Assembly: GCA_964035545.1 (NCBI GenBank)
Contig: OZ037766.1
Coordinates: forward strand, 29,886,640 to 29,950,639
DNA: 64,000 nt
Direction: 5' to 3'
From: Bugula neritina
Taxonomy: Eukaryota; Animalia; Bryozoa
Part shown: positions 30,301-53,400 of the stretch, one piece after another
Numbering within the stretch: position 1 is the stretch's first letter
How the letters are laid out: each line of letters starts with the position of its first letter
The notes under the pieces: generated by a model
The model's database searches: none
Seen by the model: only the letters and a program-made list of their open reading frames with translations
What the model was told of the DNA's origin: nothing
Translations under genes and position numbers: made by a program

Positions 30301-33300
30301 TAGAAATAATTTTTAGAACATTCATCTGTTAGCTTGTTGTCTATAAAAGTAACTTCTCATATTCCAAAAGGAATTACACACTAATGCTGTCAAGTAAAAT
30401 ATTGTGACAGATAAATGTAGAAATTATTCTCGTGTTATTTCAAACAGGAAATACATGCCGATGCTGTAAAATAAAAAGTTGTAAACTAACTCGTGTTTGT
30501 AGGACTACGAGAGAGTCTGATAAAGACGCTATACTGACCAGGGTGATGAAGAATTGTCCTCCCGGCCACAGAACCCGTTCACCCAACACCTCATCACTTT
30601 ACGCACTCAACAGATCAACCAATCAGATATTAGCACATCAGATTGTGTTGGATACTAAAAAAGTCAAACTGCCCACTGTAAGTTAGACTAATCACTAAGG
30701 TAGACTAATCACTGTAAGTCAGACTACCCACTGAAAGTTGAACTACTGTATACTACACTTTCTACTGTCAGGTTCTTTTCTGTCAGTTAGACGTTCTATT
30801 GTGAATTAGACTCTCTACTGTTAGGTAGACTCTGTACTGTCAGTTAGACTCTCTAAGGCTCCTACTGCTTTGAATATGTTGTATAAGTATATTATATTGA
30901 AGGAGTTGATACGTGAAGCCAAAGAGTTAGAGTTGAGATATGATCTACTAGACTGCCACATAACACTCTGTGCTGCTATGGTTCCCAGTCTATTCACTGA
31001 GAACTTCGACTACCAAACTGTTGATGATTTGGTACACGGAGTTCTCGGCAACCAGGAGGTATGTTAGCGGTGGTCTCTTTCACCTAAATTTGTAAAATAT
31101 CATGAACAAACCTTACGTTTTTGTTTAAAAATAAAACTAACTTCAAAAAAGTCTTTCAACGAATTTGTTGCCATCAGTTGCCAGATAATGGTGAGATATA
31201 GGTTCAAACTCAACTGGATTTTTTTAAAAAACCTATTTCCAATGAAACTATCAACTTTGCACACATTTTTCTTCTTTTCTGTATTTTTTTTTGCATATTT
31301 TTATAGGTTTAGCATGTTTTTGAAATACCCATCATGTAATTCAGATTTTAGGCAACACAATGCATGTGCACGTGGTGGAAGATGGGTATGCGGCTAGAGT
31401 TACAGATTTCTTCACATATAAAGCCGTGTCAACCGATGTCCTCGAGAAGTGGGCGTATCCCTTCTCTCCTGATACAGAGTGGTCTAATGAGAACGGCATT
31501 TCACTCGTTAGTTTTGGAAATAAATATGCTGTCAGCTCTAAATTATTTAGCAAGTAAGTTATTTTCATTGTGTACCACATCATCAAAAATTGTGTATTGC
31601 AAAGTCGGTTGTAGTGTATGATACTTTAAGGTGCTGAGTATTGTCTACTTAACCATGTTGCATGACATAATCAGATACTGGGTAGCGAGTTGCGGTCTAT
31701 GTTGTATATGATGTCATCAGATTATGTGTACTTTCTGTTTATACGATTATATTCTCTGTATTAATTGAATAATTTGATGATTTGTTTTTATTTTGTTTCA
31801 CTAAATTAAGCAATCGTTTCTATAGCTCACCAATTACTGTAGTTTTTAGAAACTTATTTCCATCATCGGGTGTTATTCTGCATGACATTGTGTTTGTGTC
31901 TTTTTTAAACTTTAGTCAGTTACTACGAGATTCTTGTTATTGAAATTGTTATGGCAATCCTGAATAATAAAACATACAATGAGAAACACATATCCTTGTC
32001 TGCTTTTATGGAGCATTTTGGAAATTTTATTAACATTGTCCCTTTGAGGAAGTTGCATCCCTTTCTCATGACTTTTTCTGATTACAGGAAATGTAGCCTG
32101 GGCAGCAATGTGGTGATTGGTGATAACACAGCTATCAAATACGGTGCTTCAATATCCAACAGTGTTATTGGCAATAACTGCATAATAGGTGAGTCATTCC
32201 ATCATACAGGGGTGGAGAAATAACTTTTCTTTATTAGGGGTCAAGCCCTTGCAGCACCTGCTTGGCTAGTACTGTTGAGCGAACATTTATATACTGTGCT
32301 ATCGGACCAACGATTAAAAGGAAAAATTTATCATGAGGTCATTTCACACTGTAAGGAGCAACCTTAGACTCGTACACAGTCATTCAACAAAAACTGTAAA
32401 AAGTGTTACTTTTTATTCTTATATAAGGCTTTTCTGTTTTAGCGTGAACTTCTGCTTGAGAAATAATAGACTATTTCTTATATGCGAGAAGCTGCATTTC
32501 CTATCCTTTACAGGTGCGAATGTTTCCATACGAAACTGCTATGTTTGGGACAACACAGTGATTGAGGATGACTGTAGCCTGACTAACACTATAATATGTG
32601 AGCAAGTACGGCTGTATAAGAACACCAAACTACTTGCCACAGCTAAAGACACTATGGCTATGCAGAATATTGACTATGTCCTTGGTAAAGGAGTGAGTAC
32701 TGCATAGATGTATCATGCTGTGTGGGGGTACATGGAATTGTGCTTAAAGTTTAATTGCTGTGAGGAGAGATGATGAAATTGAGCAACTCTAAAGTCCTAG
32801 TTATAGGTCTAAATGTTTAATGTGTTGCTGAGAGGAATGGCATGTGTTACAGGTACATCTGGGCCCAAATGTCACCTTAGACCAGCCTGTGCTGCTCACT
32901 GCTGCCGCCATGAAAGATGACTGGGGTGAACCTTTTTCTGGTAATTGCTAATATTTACTTTATGGGGGACGGTTTCATTCATAAGCAATGTTATGGGTTG
33001 TGGGTTGTACACTGAGCAGCTCTAATCTTGGAGTTTGCCCAAAACACTGTTTAGTTTTGTGAGAAATGGAATTATTGTATTTATATTGTTCAGAGATAAT
33101 GCAGCTGGTGTGATCTAAATTATAGCTTGGTGCAAACATTGTAATATATACTGAGTTCGTGACCTTCTCATACATGTATTGTTACTGTAATCCTCAATTT
33201 TGTAAAGATAAAGCAACTCCAACCGAGTACAATTAATATGAAGCCTGATATGTTAGTGAGCAGATAAATGATGAAGTTAGAGAATTGTTTACAACTTTTT

Positions 33301-36300
33301 CATCTGACTTTTACTTTCCAATTTCTTCTGTTTCTGTTGCATTTCTTTTTTGCAGCTTCGCAACATTTGATGTCAATTTTTGTCCCGCAAAATTTTGTCA
33401 TCGGTCAATAAATGTTCCAGTAATTGATGGCATGCTGTAGCAGTTGCTTGTTTTAGTTGTCATGTATTCTGCATTGCCCTGCGTGTGTTGCAGCTTATGA
33501 ATCTAAAGGCGAGAGTGGGCGGGCTTTTAACTTTGTGCAACCAACCGAGGAGAGTTCGGATGACGAGGGGGAGGACACGTCTGAAGAGGAAGACGACTCC
33601 GAGGACGACGCTGTCATACCTGACACAGAGTGTAAGTATCACCTGACACAGAGTGTAAGTATCACCTGACACAGAGTGTAAGTATCACCTGACACAGAGT
33701 GTAAGTATCACCTGACACAGAGTGTAAGTATCACCTGACACAGAGTGTAAGTATCACCTGACACTGAGTGTAAGTATCACCTGACACTGAGTGTAAGTAT
33801 CACCTGACACTGAGTGTAAGTATCACCTGACACTGAGTGTAAGTATCACCTGACACAGAGTGTAAGTATCACCTGACACAGAGTGTAAGTATCATCATTA
33901 GAACAATTATATAAATCAGAGTTATATATCGTATATACTGAGTCTGTACCAGAGCTCACCTAGTAAGTTACTCTACCATATTTCCAGTGTTCTATAATGA
34001 AGTACTGGATACTCTCCAAAGAGCTGAGAAAGAAAACATCAGTGCAGATAACATTATTCTGGATATCAACTCCCTCAAGTAAGTGAATCCTTTGCAAGTC
34101 TCCGGACATTGTTATTTACTTAGGCTACTTACTGTTGATTTACCTTATAATATTGCATTAAACCATGTGGTTGTTGTTTCCAATTTTAAAACAGTTAGCT
34201 TATATAAAATATGCCTGCTATGATTTTTGGCAAATCTGTAGTTAGACCTCAGCTAAAACCACAGATTTCATCTTCTAAGGTGCTGAAATGTAGAAATATC
34301 ACTTCTAATCTATAGCATGGGTCTAGTTCCCTAGTCTATTATATTATTCTATTTTATTGATATATCATTCCATTGTAATGGTCTAATCTATTCTATTTAT
34401 CTATTCTAATGCTCTGGCTGTCTATATTTTATTACTCTATTTAACAGTCGATGGCATAGTTTATATACAGTACACTACACTATATATCCTAGAATATTTG
34501 TTATACTAAGAGCTAATAGATGATAATACATTGCATTAGATTACACATTATATTGTAGTATTGCCTACTCCATAATGCTGGACATGTGAGACTTGGTATT
34601 CTATAATATATTTCAGACATGCATACAACATACAGATCAATGAAGTGAATCATATGGTCATACAAGCAGTCCTACAAAGACCTCTTCAAGATATTTCTGA
34701 TACTACAACGTCTTCTCAGCTGCTCACTAACCTTAAGCCAGTAAGTTACTTAAATTGTAAGACTGAAAATATGCAGTAATTATTGGTGACTGTGATCCGG
34801 GAAATGTCTGACCTATATGGCAAGAAAATTTCCCTCCATCTTTTACATTGTTTTTATAACTTAGGGCATCTGCTTACGATAATATACTCTGTGTATTAGT
34901 ATGATTGTTTCAAAATTTACAAAGGAATTATCGTTCCATGGATGCTTCATGCTAGCTTGCTCAAAACACAAACAGTAAAATTCCTTCCTTTACTATAAGT
35001 TTACTATGAAATGCATTTATAGTGCTTACAAGTTAAACAGAAACCTGGTCACTTTTGTTAAGAAGTTACCCTTCAATTTTGAACTGGTATGCTAGAATAA
35101 ATTGCGAATATGCTGTATTTATTCCCAGATTGTTTCCACATTCCCTAATATCTAGTCATAAGGTTATTTCTTCATGTCTACTATATTATCCTTATTGTAG
35201 CATTTGTACTAATGATTTACTTTATAAGTCTTAGAGAAGAAAGCTTTTTTATGCTGTACAGTTTTGTTAGGTTACTATAGTCACTTGCTAGGGTTATCAA
35301 TGTTTCTGAATTTTTAGTAGAGCACTACTTTCAAGAAAGGTTGTTTAGGATTGCATGAGTAAACTTTCTATGTGTTGTAATCACTCTGCAGCTTTATTTC
35401 TTTTTCTGCGTCTGCAGCTACTGAAGTTGTGCGTTCATGTCTTCAAGAACTACTATCGAAGTGACAAATCTCAACACGAATGTCTCCTCGCTATCAAGGT
35501 AAGCTCTCATTTCACTATACTATGAGTGCTGAAGACATCATGTTAGCTAGACCCATGTAATCTTACGTACTAAGTATCTCTCAAAGCCAGTTGAACTACT
35601 AAAGGCTAGCGATCGATAAAATAATAATATGAATAAAATAAATATATGGCATAAAATATTCTATGATGTTTTTTTTTAAACGAAAATAATTTTAAGATTT
35701 TTTTGCAAATTTCAAAGGTGTTTTCATCTTTTCAAAAAATGTATCGCATATTTTTTTCAGGAATTTGTGTGTGACCAGTCCCACGATCTCTACACTGCAA
35801 TAATAGGCCAGGTGCTCATGTTCTTTTATCAGAACGATATTCTAGACGAAGACGTCATTGTGAAGTGGTATGAAACTTCACTGCAGCCGGGAAAATTCAA
35901 AACACAGGTTTGTTTGATGACTTCATTTCCTTGAGTACATGCTCGGTAGAAATAATTAATATATGGAAGTCTATTCATGAGAGAAAACTTCCCCTTGTCT
36001 ATTGTGTTCTGTTGAGAATTAATGGGTTGTGAGAAGTAAGAAGGCTGTAGTAAATGATGAACAGCATTGTCATCTGAATCACCAAATATAAGTTTTTTGC
36101 TAACCAGTTAGTATAGTCTCCCTGCTTTACCTTGTTTCTCAGAAATTTGTTTTCAATTTACTGCAATCACACTGTACAGAAAAAAGTGAAAATGTTTCAG
36201 TAAAGGCAGCAGTAGTGTGTTAATCTAATTCTAATGTAGGTTAAATATTTTGTTGTTAAAATTGGAATTGCTGTACATGCTCCTAATTATAATCTGACTT

Positions 36301-36744
36301 CGTGTGTTTCAATTTATCACAGGTGCGCACACTTTTATTTATCTTGACCGAATTCTGGAGTGATTTTGATGCTTCTTCTTGACCTCTTACAATTTTCTTG
36401 AAATTTTGTGTTGCATTTACAATGAGTATTAAACTTGGTCAACTTTATCATAAAGTTTTTGTGCACGCTTTTATTTTATCCTGGCTTGACCGAATTTTGC
36501 AGTGGTTGTGATGCTTATTTTTTGTTTTTTTTTACCTCTACCAACTTTCTTAGAAGTTTTTGTTGCATTCACAATGTGTAATATATTTTATCCAAGTGCA
36601 TTTAAACTTGGTCAACTTTATCATTTATAGCGTTTTTGTCTTTTTATGCGGATATTGCTTTAATCCTCTGTTGTGTTCATATGGCAGGTCAGCAAGCTGG
36701 TTGAGTGGTTCAACGAGGCCGAATCTGACAGTGAGTCTGACTAA
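27350..36744 (+). CDS. EIF2B5: Translation initiation factor eIF2B epsilon subunit, ~663 aa
   Basis: 15 phase-consistent exons: 27350-27493, 29074-29198, 29453-29629, 30503-30677, 30903-31058, 31345-31553, 32088-32188, 32514-32692, 32853-32940, 33494-33631, 33988-34078, 34617-34740, 35418-35498, 35761-35907, 36688-36744. Motifs: [64 protein letters not shown], hexapeptide I-G repeats, FYNEV...DINSLKHAYN, W2 domain [15 protein letters not shown] and [15 protein letters not shown]. Confidence 0.93.
27600..27990. repeat. Degenerate (TAG/TAC)n tract in EIF2B5 intron 1
   Basis: Direct reading. Confidence 0.75.
28006..28827. mobile_element. Outer non-autonomous DNA transposon (MITE-like)
   Basis: Terminal inverted repeats: AAGTTGCCTTTATACCT (28006-28022) and AGGTATAAACGCAACTT (28811-28827; reverse complement AAGTTGCGTTTATACCT). 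No transposase ORF. Confidence 0.55.
28379..28754. mobile_element. Inner MITE with ~30 bp TIRs, nested in the outer element
   Basis: Left AAGGCTTGGCCCACGATCGTGAGAATCACAC; reverse complement of right end AAGGCCTGGCCTCACGATCGTGAGAATTACAC; flanked by TA/TAA. Confidence 0.75.
30668..30855. repeat. Degenerate ~20 bp repeat seeded at the EIF2B5 exon 4 donor
   Basis: cccact|GTAAGTTAGACT followed by cactgtaagtcagact, ccactgaaagttgaact, tactgtcagttagact and similar. Confidence 0.65.
33618..33893. repeat. 23 bp minisatellite x12, each copy carrying the EIF2B5 exon 10 donor
   Basis: Unit ACCTGACACAGAGT|GTAAGTATC; the first copy spans the exon/intron junction at 33631/33632. Confidence 0.95.
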
Positions 36745-37667
36745 CACACACCTGCAGTTGGTGTCACTCTTACCCCACCTGCTCTTCCATGTCAAAACTT
36801 CTACTGACACAATATATTACTGTAAGCTCATGGGCTTCCCAACAGTTCCCAACAACTTTCTGTTGAAAGTGAAGGATATTCTACTCACTATCTAAAAGTA
36901 TGGTTAAAGATATTTCTATGACTGCTTTTGTATGAAGACTAGTTTTGGGACACGGATAGTTTTCTAGTCACTAATAACGGCATCTATTAATTTTTTATCT
37001 CTAGCAATGTTACAGCTGTGGTCATCAGCAATGATTGTGTTTGCTATTTTGGCTGAGGCTTAGCTCTGAATTTACAGTTTTTTTGAAGAAGTTGAAGTAT
37101 AATGACTTTATTTATAATAAATAAAATAACAAATATATGCAATTCTGCTAATTATTATATACATGAAATTGTTTTACAATAACCTGTTTAAGTTACTTCC
37201 AATCAAATAATATGACTGGGTTAAAAGGCCCAAAATACTTCTTGGTTGTACTGCACTGTAACATTAGTAATTTAAAAATGTACACAATATTCTAGAAAAC
37301 ATAGCATTAATAAAAGGCTATTAAGTATGTACATTGAAATAACATGTGGTAATATAGAAAATTTTCTGATTTATTTCACCTGTTCTTATTCTAAAGTGGC
37401 TGTAAATTGATTCCAAAATTTCAGTAGACTAATATTTGCCTCTATATTGAAGTTTAAGCAATTTATTGAAAACATTTATTTCTTCAATTCATAAATTAGT
37501 TGATCGCAGCTGGTCCCCAGTCTATTATTTTTGGTCAATTCTTATTCTAGCAATTACAGCCAGTTTTCAGTCTATTCTTGCAGTCGGTTCATTAGTCTAC
37601 TGTAATAGTTGCCTTTCATATGCTGACTATCTGATTCTGAACTGGTCTGCTGGTAATTTAAGCAGTC

Positions 37668-47306
<9,639 letters not shown>

Positions 47307-48624
47307 CTTTTACAAAGAAATCAAATAAAAGAAAATTACACTGGATACTGGAAAAAATTTTAGCAGAAAAAACAATGCTTTCCTCTTTACACACTACTAT
47401 ACGATAACTGCTCTTTAAGCTTGTCTGATGATGTGAATTACTGTGTGACCCTATTATATAATGGGCCAGATAACCCTGTAAAAAGTGAATAAATGCTACA
47501 TTGTTTCATAGAAATTCCAGCCCCTTTATTGCACAAAGCTTGGCCCTAATTATATGCAAAGTAGCAGTTATAAAGTGCATCCAGCTGTTGAACTGCAGAG
47601 TACTACAAACTTCCAGAGAGGAATTCCTTGTGCTGATTGGCTTATTTAATATAGGTCAGGCAGGCATGCAGCAAGCAAGCTTTTACTTTCATACTCTTCA
47701 TGCAATACGCAGACAGCATGCAGTGTATATGTCTGCCAAAAAGGAATGTCAATAAACCATCCTAATACTTTACAAATGTAGTCTTAACATCAGTTTGGTG
47801 GGTCATACTATTACATATCCTATTTTGAGTGACATATCGTTAATTCTATTTCACCTGTTACAGTGTGACAATCTAGATCACCGAAAAGTGACTCTAGAAA
47901 TTCTTTTATAAAGTTTTAGTTTGAAAATATTTTTGCTGAATTTCAAACTTCAATTATTTTTATTCAAAGTTTAATATTTTCGTTTACATATCAAACATTG
48001 CAACAATTTTATGATAACAGAGGTTGTTTAAACTAGTGTGAAACTCTGCTGGACAATAAAATGAAACCTGTTTGGGCATCAAACTTGCAGAAATACATCA
48101 ACTATATTCTAAAAGAGTCAACCAATGGGTAGATAACTCTACTAGTATATGCACCGCATTATATTTATTGTTGCAAAATATTATTGCATAATACTATTAT
48201 AATTATATGATATCGAATCTTGCAGAAATCAAAACGTTTATTTTTATAGAAAAATAATTAAATCTGCATGGATAATTAATAAGTATTTTAGAGTATGCAT
48301 GGTCTTTTGCTAACTCCAGTGTTATATGTAAATATAGAAGTTTGCTTTGAAATTTTAAATTATTGCATTTGTTTATTCTGGTTAGTTTAGAAAAAATATT
48401 ATTTGAACCAATATAATTTTATTTAATGATAACTATTTCAACAGCTAACTGCATGATTTATCATAGACTAACATAGGTAGGACAACTTCCAAACATTAAA
48501 ACAAAATTTCTAAATACAAAAGTGACTGAAGCTCTACTTATAAAACTCAGAAATAATGCATCTATGATTAGAGAACATATATTTTACAAATAAAATTTTA
48601 TCCTTGAATTTTGTTCATGCTTTT

Positions 48625-50258
48625 TTAAAAGTAATGCTTTTCGCACATAAACAGTGCTGCCTTGGTGCACATGTCATCATTCCACTGGAAGTTCGTGCTG
48701 TCTCCACACATGCCCAGACAGTTCTGGTTGCCGCCATAGTTGTCTGGTTGGTGAAGGGACCAGTCCTCAACAACAATGTCCTTCAGAAGAAGGCCATCCC
48801 ATGCCCAAACTCCATGAATATTCCTTCCGCCAATCCAAAGGAAGTTATTTTTGCACGGAGTCCAATCTGTATTTAAGCATTTTATTTGATTTAAGTTATA
48901 CAATGAGTAAAACATTTTAGGTGACTGCTAAAAGCATAGGGAATTTCAGCTAAATGGAGCCAAATGTTGAATAATTGCACAAAAGTAAGTTTTCATGGGT
49001 TGTAAATAAACAAGCTAAGTAAAGGTTCACATTCCCTCCAAGTCTATGTTATGCAGGCTTTCTGCTATAAATAGCACAAAGGTGTTTAATTAGACTGAGA
49101 CCTTATAAGCAGCAGTTGAAGCAATCATGTCCATGGCCAAGTTTACTTGATGAGAGTTTCGATTCATTACCTGGGTGGGTTTTTCTCATGTGCTTAACCC
49201 AAGATATAGACTCTAGAGTGTCAAACACTGCAAGCCTGTCTCCTTTACTCTCGCAGAATGATTTGGCGGTGTACCAAGTTTCAGAGAAAGGAACTATAGT
49301 TATACAGGTTCTAGAGTGAGGATTGAAGAGGTAGCTGCGGGGACAGGTAGTCAAACCTACAAAATGTAAAGATCTTAAGCTATGATAAATGTAGTACTTA
49401 TTGGGTATTACACAAAATGTGTTGTGCAATATGTGTACATAATTATGCATTGATTTGCAATATCTATATATAGCTATGAAATATCTTTGGTATATTATTT
49501 TTTATAAAATTCACATACAAATATTTTTAAAATACTTAGCAAATAAACTAAAATTTCTACACACCAGCTACGCATATACGCTAGTCAAAACTACATAATA
49601 CTAAGATAATAATATGAATACTCATTACATGCCGTATTGAAATAATAATTGTGCTTTTTAGTAATTACCGTTTCAAGAAATAAAATTGTTAAGCCTTTCT
49701 TGGCTGATAAAACTTTTTTTTAATTTTTTTGACACATAAAATCATAATCGGCTAATTGTAATTTTTTTTGTGTCATAATGTTTATAGAATTATAGCACAA
49801 TTAAGTAATTAGTGTCAACCACATGCAATGATATTATATGATCTCGAAAAGACACTATAAATCTAACAATACATTTAACATTTTTGTAAATATTTAAACA
49901 AATTAGCTTTTGTTTAAAACAAAACTATAATTTAATCAGAATATTTAACTGCTCAAATGATCTATGACATCTGATAAACAAATTTACCTGTGTCCAGCTC
50001 TCTACGATCTCTTTGAGATTCTGGGTCTTGATTTTCGTCTGTTTCATTGGCTAGTTGGGTTGCTGGAGCCATTGAAAAGTTTTGGGTCAGTTCAGACATC
50101 AGCAGTGGCTCAAACGTTTGCACGGGTTGAACTGGCTGAGAAGGCTCAGCTGGTTTGATTGTCTGGTTGGTGGGATCCGTGAAGTTAGCTCCACCTACAC
50201 CAATGTAGGCAGCTAGAACTACCAAAACGAGGCTTCTTATATTACTTCCTTTCATCAT
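48625..50258 (-). CDS. Secreted C-type lectin A (extended pro-region, QPD/WND)
   Basis: Exons 50258-49988, 49356-49171, 48866-48625. Signal peptide; CPRSYLFNPHSRTC, WYTAKSFC, LAVF, WIGG, QPDN, CLGM, WNDDMC, FMCEK. Confidence 0.88.
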
Positions 50259-50988
50259 GGCAGTAGTAAAACACTAAACACAAGTTTGCAGCTGCCTAAA
50301 CTACTTGTGATGAGTTTACCACCAGTCTCTTGTTATATATGATTTTATTAATCAGATTAGCTTTATTTTTAGTTTATCATTTATAATGTAAGTTATAAAT
50401 AAATGTTTACACAACAAGCCATTAATATTGCAATTTGTTATCAAGATTGTTGGGTAGATTACTGAAGGGTGTGCCTGTAAATTATATTTAAAAAAAGTTA
50501 TGTTAAAAAATGACATTTCAAAAGTTGTTTGTTGCAACTATTATATTGATTTGTCGTTGTTCATTGCATGTTAATCAGCAAACCTTTTGGAATATAAATA
50601 TTTTTTACTAGATCTATAGTAGCCATGCTATACTGATACTTGATCAGATTCGGCAAAGAATATTATTAGCCAAATATATCACAGGTCTATAACCTATGGT
50701 TTATTTCACACCACATTGTATAGTAACGTGTTTTACTACTACTCAAAAAACACTGATTTATTGAGTTCTTTTTTTTGTAAAGTGCTGGTTTTGCTATATA
50801 CACTTGCTTACTGCAGGCAGTTTAAATGGACACAGCTTACATGTAGTTAAGTTGTTGAATATTTCAGTTTTGTTATAAAAACCACACATCAAACAAACAG
50901 GATTTTATTTATATATTCTTGTGGATGCAGTTTTGAAAGCAATAACAATTTAATCCTATTTAAACAAATAGTATGAAAGTACATACTA

Positions 50989-51060
50989 AGGGCGCAGCAT
51001 GGTCCAAGGGTTAAAGCTTAGACTTAGTAAACATGAAATTATTGGTTCAAATCCTAGTGA
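50989..51060 (+). mobile_element. Possible tRNA-derived SINE head (degenerate)
   Basis: A-box-like TGGTCCAAGGG and B-box GGTTCAAATCC at tRNA-like spacing; no intact cloverleaf. Confidence 0.35.
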
Positions 51061-52200
51061 TAAAGGTCATTAGTAATGTTAAAAAGAGCATTTAGTCATG
51101 ATTGCTCCTGTGCCACTTATTACGAATTAAGCCCTTTCTATCAGATTTTTTCACAGGGAAATGATGACTATAAACTTGCGTCAGTATGACAGTAAATAAT
51201 ATATTTTTGACTAACAATGAGCCTAGTAGAGATGAGATAATGCTAACCAGAATAGAAAAACAACTGATTAAACAGTGAACTATCAAATAACTATTGTTGT
51301 GATCAACACAAATAAAACTGAAATAAATATAAATATAGTTTCTTATCACTATATCACTACACTAAATATTTTCAAGTGCTGTATCATTCTAAATATATCG
51401 AAAAAAACAATTTTTAAAGCAAGTTTAATCACATTTAATATATTCCAAAAATTTTTTTACAGTTATATAAACTGCAATGTGTTGCAAAACTCAATTCATA
51501 ACTGTTTACAGAGTATTCCTACAACATCAACTGTTTGCATTACTGTAACATACATGGCGTACAGCAAAAACATAGTTAGGCAAGACATATTCATGCTATG
51601 CTATGATTATATAAACATGCTCTCTATATCCCTATAGCATTGAATGCAGAAAGCAATTGTCTTATCTTTTACTAAGCAAATTTTAAGCCGAAGTATATAC
51701 AATTAATACATTACAGTTAGAAATACTGTTAATAGAGTAAAACATTTTTAAATATATGGTAACAGCCTTTCCTACAGCTTCAAAAATTTAAGAAAAGTAG
51801 CAAATTGCCTTCTTAATTTTTTTAAATGCAGTAGTTTATCTTAGGTTCTTCTCACAGTAAGAAACATAGCAGGGTATGACATATCTATCATTGGTTGCAA
51901 GTATTAGCAGTTTACCAAATATTACATGACGATTATTTTGTTAGTTTCAATGTTGAAAATTTCAACTCAAGTAACCCAAACAATGTTTTATCAAAAGATA
52001 TTTTATAAATTTAAAATAAAAAACTAGTAGAAATAATTGACCAATCAGATTAGATCTTTCAATTACGCAGTCCAGTTAAAAATTCCTACACACAAAAGAG
52101 ATAATATAATGGATATAATCATTCAAGCACATTCATTTGATAACACAGCTTATAATCAACAGACTGAGAAGCAGCTTTAAATCTTACAGTGAAAACAAGA

Positions 52201-53400
52201 ATGCTGACTTTGATAGTCATAGCGCTCTTCTCCTATGTTGGTAAATCGGCAGCAGTATGTGGGTGTAAGTGTCAGCTGAGTTATCTTGAAACCGTTATTG
52301 TATTTGAAAAAAAGAATAAAGCAAACAATTAGCACTTTTAAATAAGTAAGACTCTGGCATTAAACCTAGTTAAGTAAATTTATGCCTTATTGTTTTGCGA
52401 ACAAATGATATTAAAGTTCTGTTGTTTTCCTGACGTAACACGAATACCATGAAAAGTATATACAGTAATTAATATCAATATATACATGCTTTCTAGCCTG
52501 TATATAAATACTTCTTTTTTAGTATAAAATGTTGAATTTGATTACATTATATGTTACGTAGAATTTCTTGTTCACATTTGTAGATGAAGTAGAGTGTCCC
52601 GGTGGCTATCTCTACAACCCACACTCCAGCACCTGTTACAGAGTTGTCAATCAGACAAAGACATGGGATGATGCCAAAGCCTACTGTGAAGGGGCTGGAG
52701 AGAGACTGGCTGTGTTTGACAGCCTTGAATCTATATCTTGGGGAAGGCATATGAGAAAAACTCGCTCAGGTTAGGTCATTTACATTTCAGCAACTCTTAA
52801 AATTACTTGAACTGTCTAGTTTATATTCATGCACCTTTCGAACATGCTGTATAGTAAACACATAAGCTACTTCCATTGCAGTAAAAGTGTGAGCCATGGT
52901 GCTCTGTTCTGTGTTAATGATGAGGGGACAAACCCTAAAACGATTGCTGTGCTCAAATCAAATTGTATTGTAATTTTATCATAATAATGGTTATTCATTT
53001 AAGACAATTTATTCATTTAGGGTACAATTTTTATTCCAAAAATTAATGACAGTCCAAATATTGAACTAATAAGCTGTTTTTTAACTTTAATAATTGTCTA
53101 TAGATTGTAAAGTGTACCTATATGTCAAGCATGCTATTTGTAACAGACAGACTATTTATAGAGTGGACTCCATACATTAACAAAGACGTGTGGATTGGTG
53201 GAAGAAAGTATCCAGGCGGTTGGCGGTGGATGAACAACTTTGGAAGGCTAGTGGTTGTAGAGGATTGGTTTATTGGACAACCAGACAACAGAGAGGGATT
53301 TGAGGATTGTCTAGCTTTCAGTGCCAGTTATAACCAAGACCTTCGTTGGAGCGATCAGACCTGCACCTATTCCTACTATTCTATTTGCGAAAAATACTAG
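52201..53400 (+). CDS. Secreted C-type lectin B (QPD/WSD), inverted relative to the other copies
   Basis: Exons 52201-52264, 52584-52769, 53162-53400. MLTLIVIALFSYVGKSAAVCG; CPGGYLYNPHSSTCY, WDDAKAYC, WIGG, QPDN, WSDQTC, ICEKY. Confidence 0.88.

Noticed and set aside
33618-33893. CRISPR-like appearance of this and other regular arrays
   Set aside because: Head-to-tail repeats without unique spacers, no cas genes, eukaryotic intron context.
36300-36630. Degenerate ~140-190 bp duplication in the last EIF2B5 intron (ORF 36560-36895)
   Set aside because: Old local duplication with no coding or structural signal; the ORF is off-frame with the true last exon.
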